Origin: Nevskiaceae bacterium
GTDB taxonomy: Bacteria > Pseudomonadota > Gammaproteobacteria > Nevskiales > Nevskiaceae
DNA: 64,000 nucleotides
Direction: 5' to 3'
Assembly: GCA_021731445.1 (NCBI GenBank)
Contig: JAKFXK010000025.1
Span: forward strand, 1,410 to 65,409
Shown: positions 63,499-64,000 of the stretch, one piece after another
Numbering within the stretch: the stretch's first letter is position 1
Layout: each line of letters begins with the position of its first letter
The notes under the pieces: generated by a model
What the model saw: only the letters and a program-made list of their open reading frames with translations
What the model was told of the DNA's origin: nothing
The model's database searches: none
Position numbers and translations under genes: made by a program

Positions 63499-64000
63499 AT
63501 GCGCGTGCTGACGGCAGTGTGGACGGTGGTGCTGGGGATTTTTGCGGGCCTCAAGGATTTTCTGGGCACCGTGCTGAGCGGGTTCTTCGGCAATCTGTCC
63601 TGGCAGCCGCCGGCCTGGCTTCAGCCACTCATCGACAAGGCGCGCGAGCTGGGTGCCAGGGGCACGGCACTCCTGCGCGCGCATTCGCGGCCGCTCACTG
63701 CCGCACTCGCGGGCCTGCTGCTGCTCGCCATCGTCGGTGCGGCTGGTTTCAGCTGGCAGCAGCACCGTGCAGCCAGGGCAGAGCTGGCGGCGACAGTGCC
63801 TCAGGACGTGAGCTTCCAGATCAACGCGCCAGCCCTCACCTGCTATGACTGCGAGGGGCCAGCCGCAGGCCAGCCGCTCACCATCCGTTTTCCGGTTTCG
63901 GTGTCGCCGCTGGATCTGGTCGAGAAGGAAGTCACCCCCGAAAAGGGCCTGATCACGATGACGCCAGCGCATCCCGGCGTCTGGCGCTGGACGGATGACA
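63499..64000 (+). CDS. Probable alpha-2-macroglobulin family protein, N-terminus (runs off the window)
   Basis: Open frame from ATG 63499 (SD GGGAGAG): ...SWQPPAW...TM...PLTIRFPVSVSPL...MTPAHPGVWRWTDD, resembling bacterial MG2 N-termini. Confidence 0.65.
   Translation, partial: MRVLTAVWTVVLGIFAGLKDFLGTVLSGFFGNLSWQPPAWLQPLIDKARELGARGTALLRAHSRPLTAALAGLLLLAIVGAAGFSWQQHRAARAELAATVPQDVSFQINAPALTCYDCEGPAAGQPLTIRFPVSVSPLDLVEKEVTPEKGLITMTPAHPGVWRWTDD

Overview
A GC-rich gammaproteobacterial chromosome segment. The gene order and protein families suggest Nevskiales or a Xanthomonadales-like lineage; this is inference. The housekeeping backbone is groES-groEL, glnE, an LPS/glycan block (GT2, two GT9, a WbsX/GH99-like plus RgpF fusion, a methyltransferase), ilvE-hldE-DMT, pilR-pilS, sucCD-nadE, bamD-rluD-pgeF, a YCF48 plus MMPL pair, apaH, rsmA-pdxA-surA-lptD, amgK-murU-osmC, and the start of a probable alpha-2-macroglobulin gene. 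Four accessory intrusions interrupt it. (1) A heavily decayed winged-helix/Ser-Thr kinase/TM/TPR gene lies after groEL. (2) A ~2 kb islet holds two AT-richer genes (one hypothetical, one frameshifted and possibly HEPN-like) punctuated by GTAG-type REP-like palindromes, followed by a MazEF-type toxin-antitoxin pair. (3) A complete ~14 kb Tad/Flp pilus cluster plus a PAS-GGDEF-degenerate EAL gene sits between rsmA and apaH, with no apaG. (4) Between lptD and amgK lies a Sec-signal-bearing Rhs toxin with a Cys-rich variable N-terminus and an Ntox16-like tip, followed by a cognate immunity gene, an orphan tip remnant with a second immunity gene, and REP/inverted-repeat elements at the right border. 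No rRNA, tRNA, CRISPR array, integrase or transposase was seen. All family assignments come from motif recognition by eye; no searches were run.
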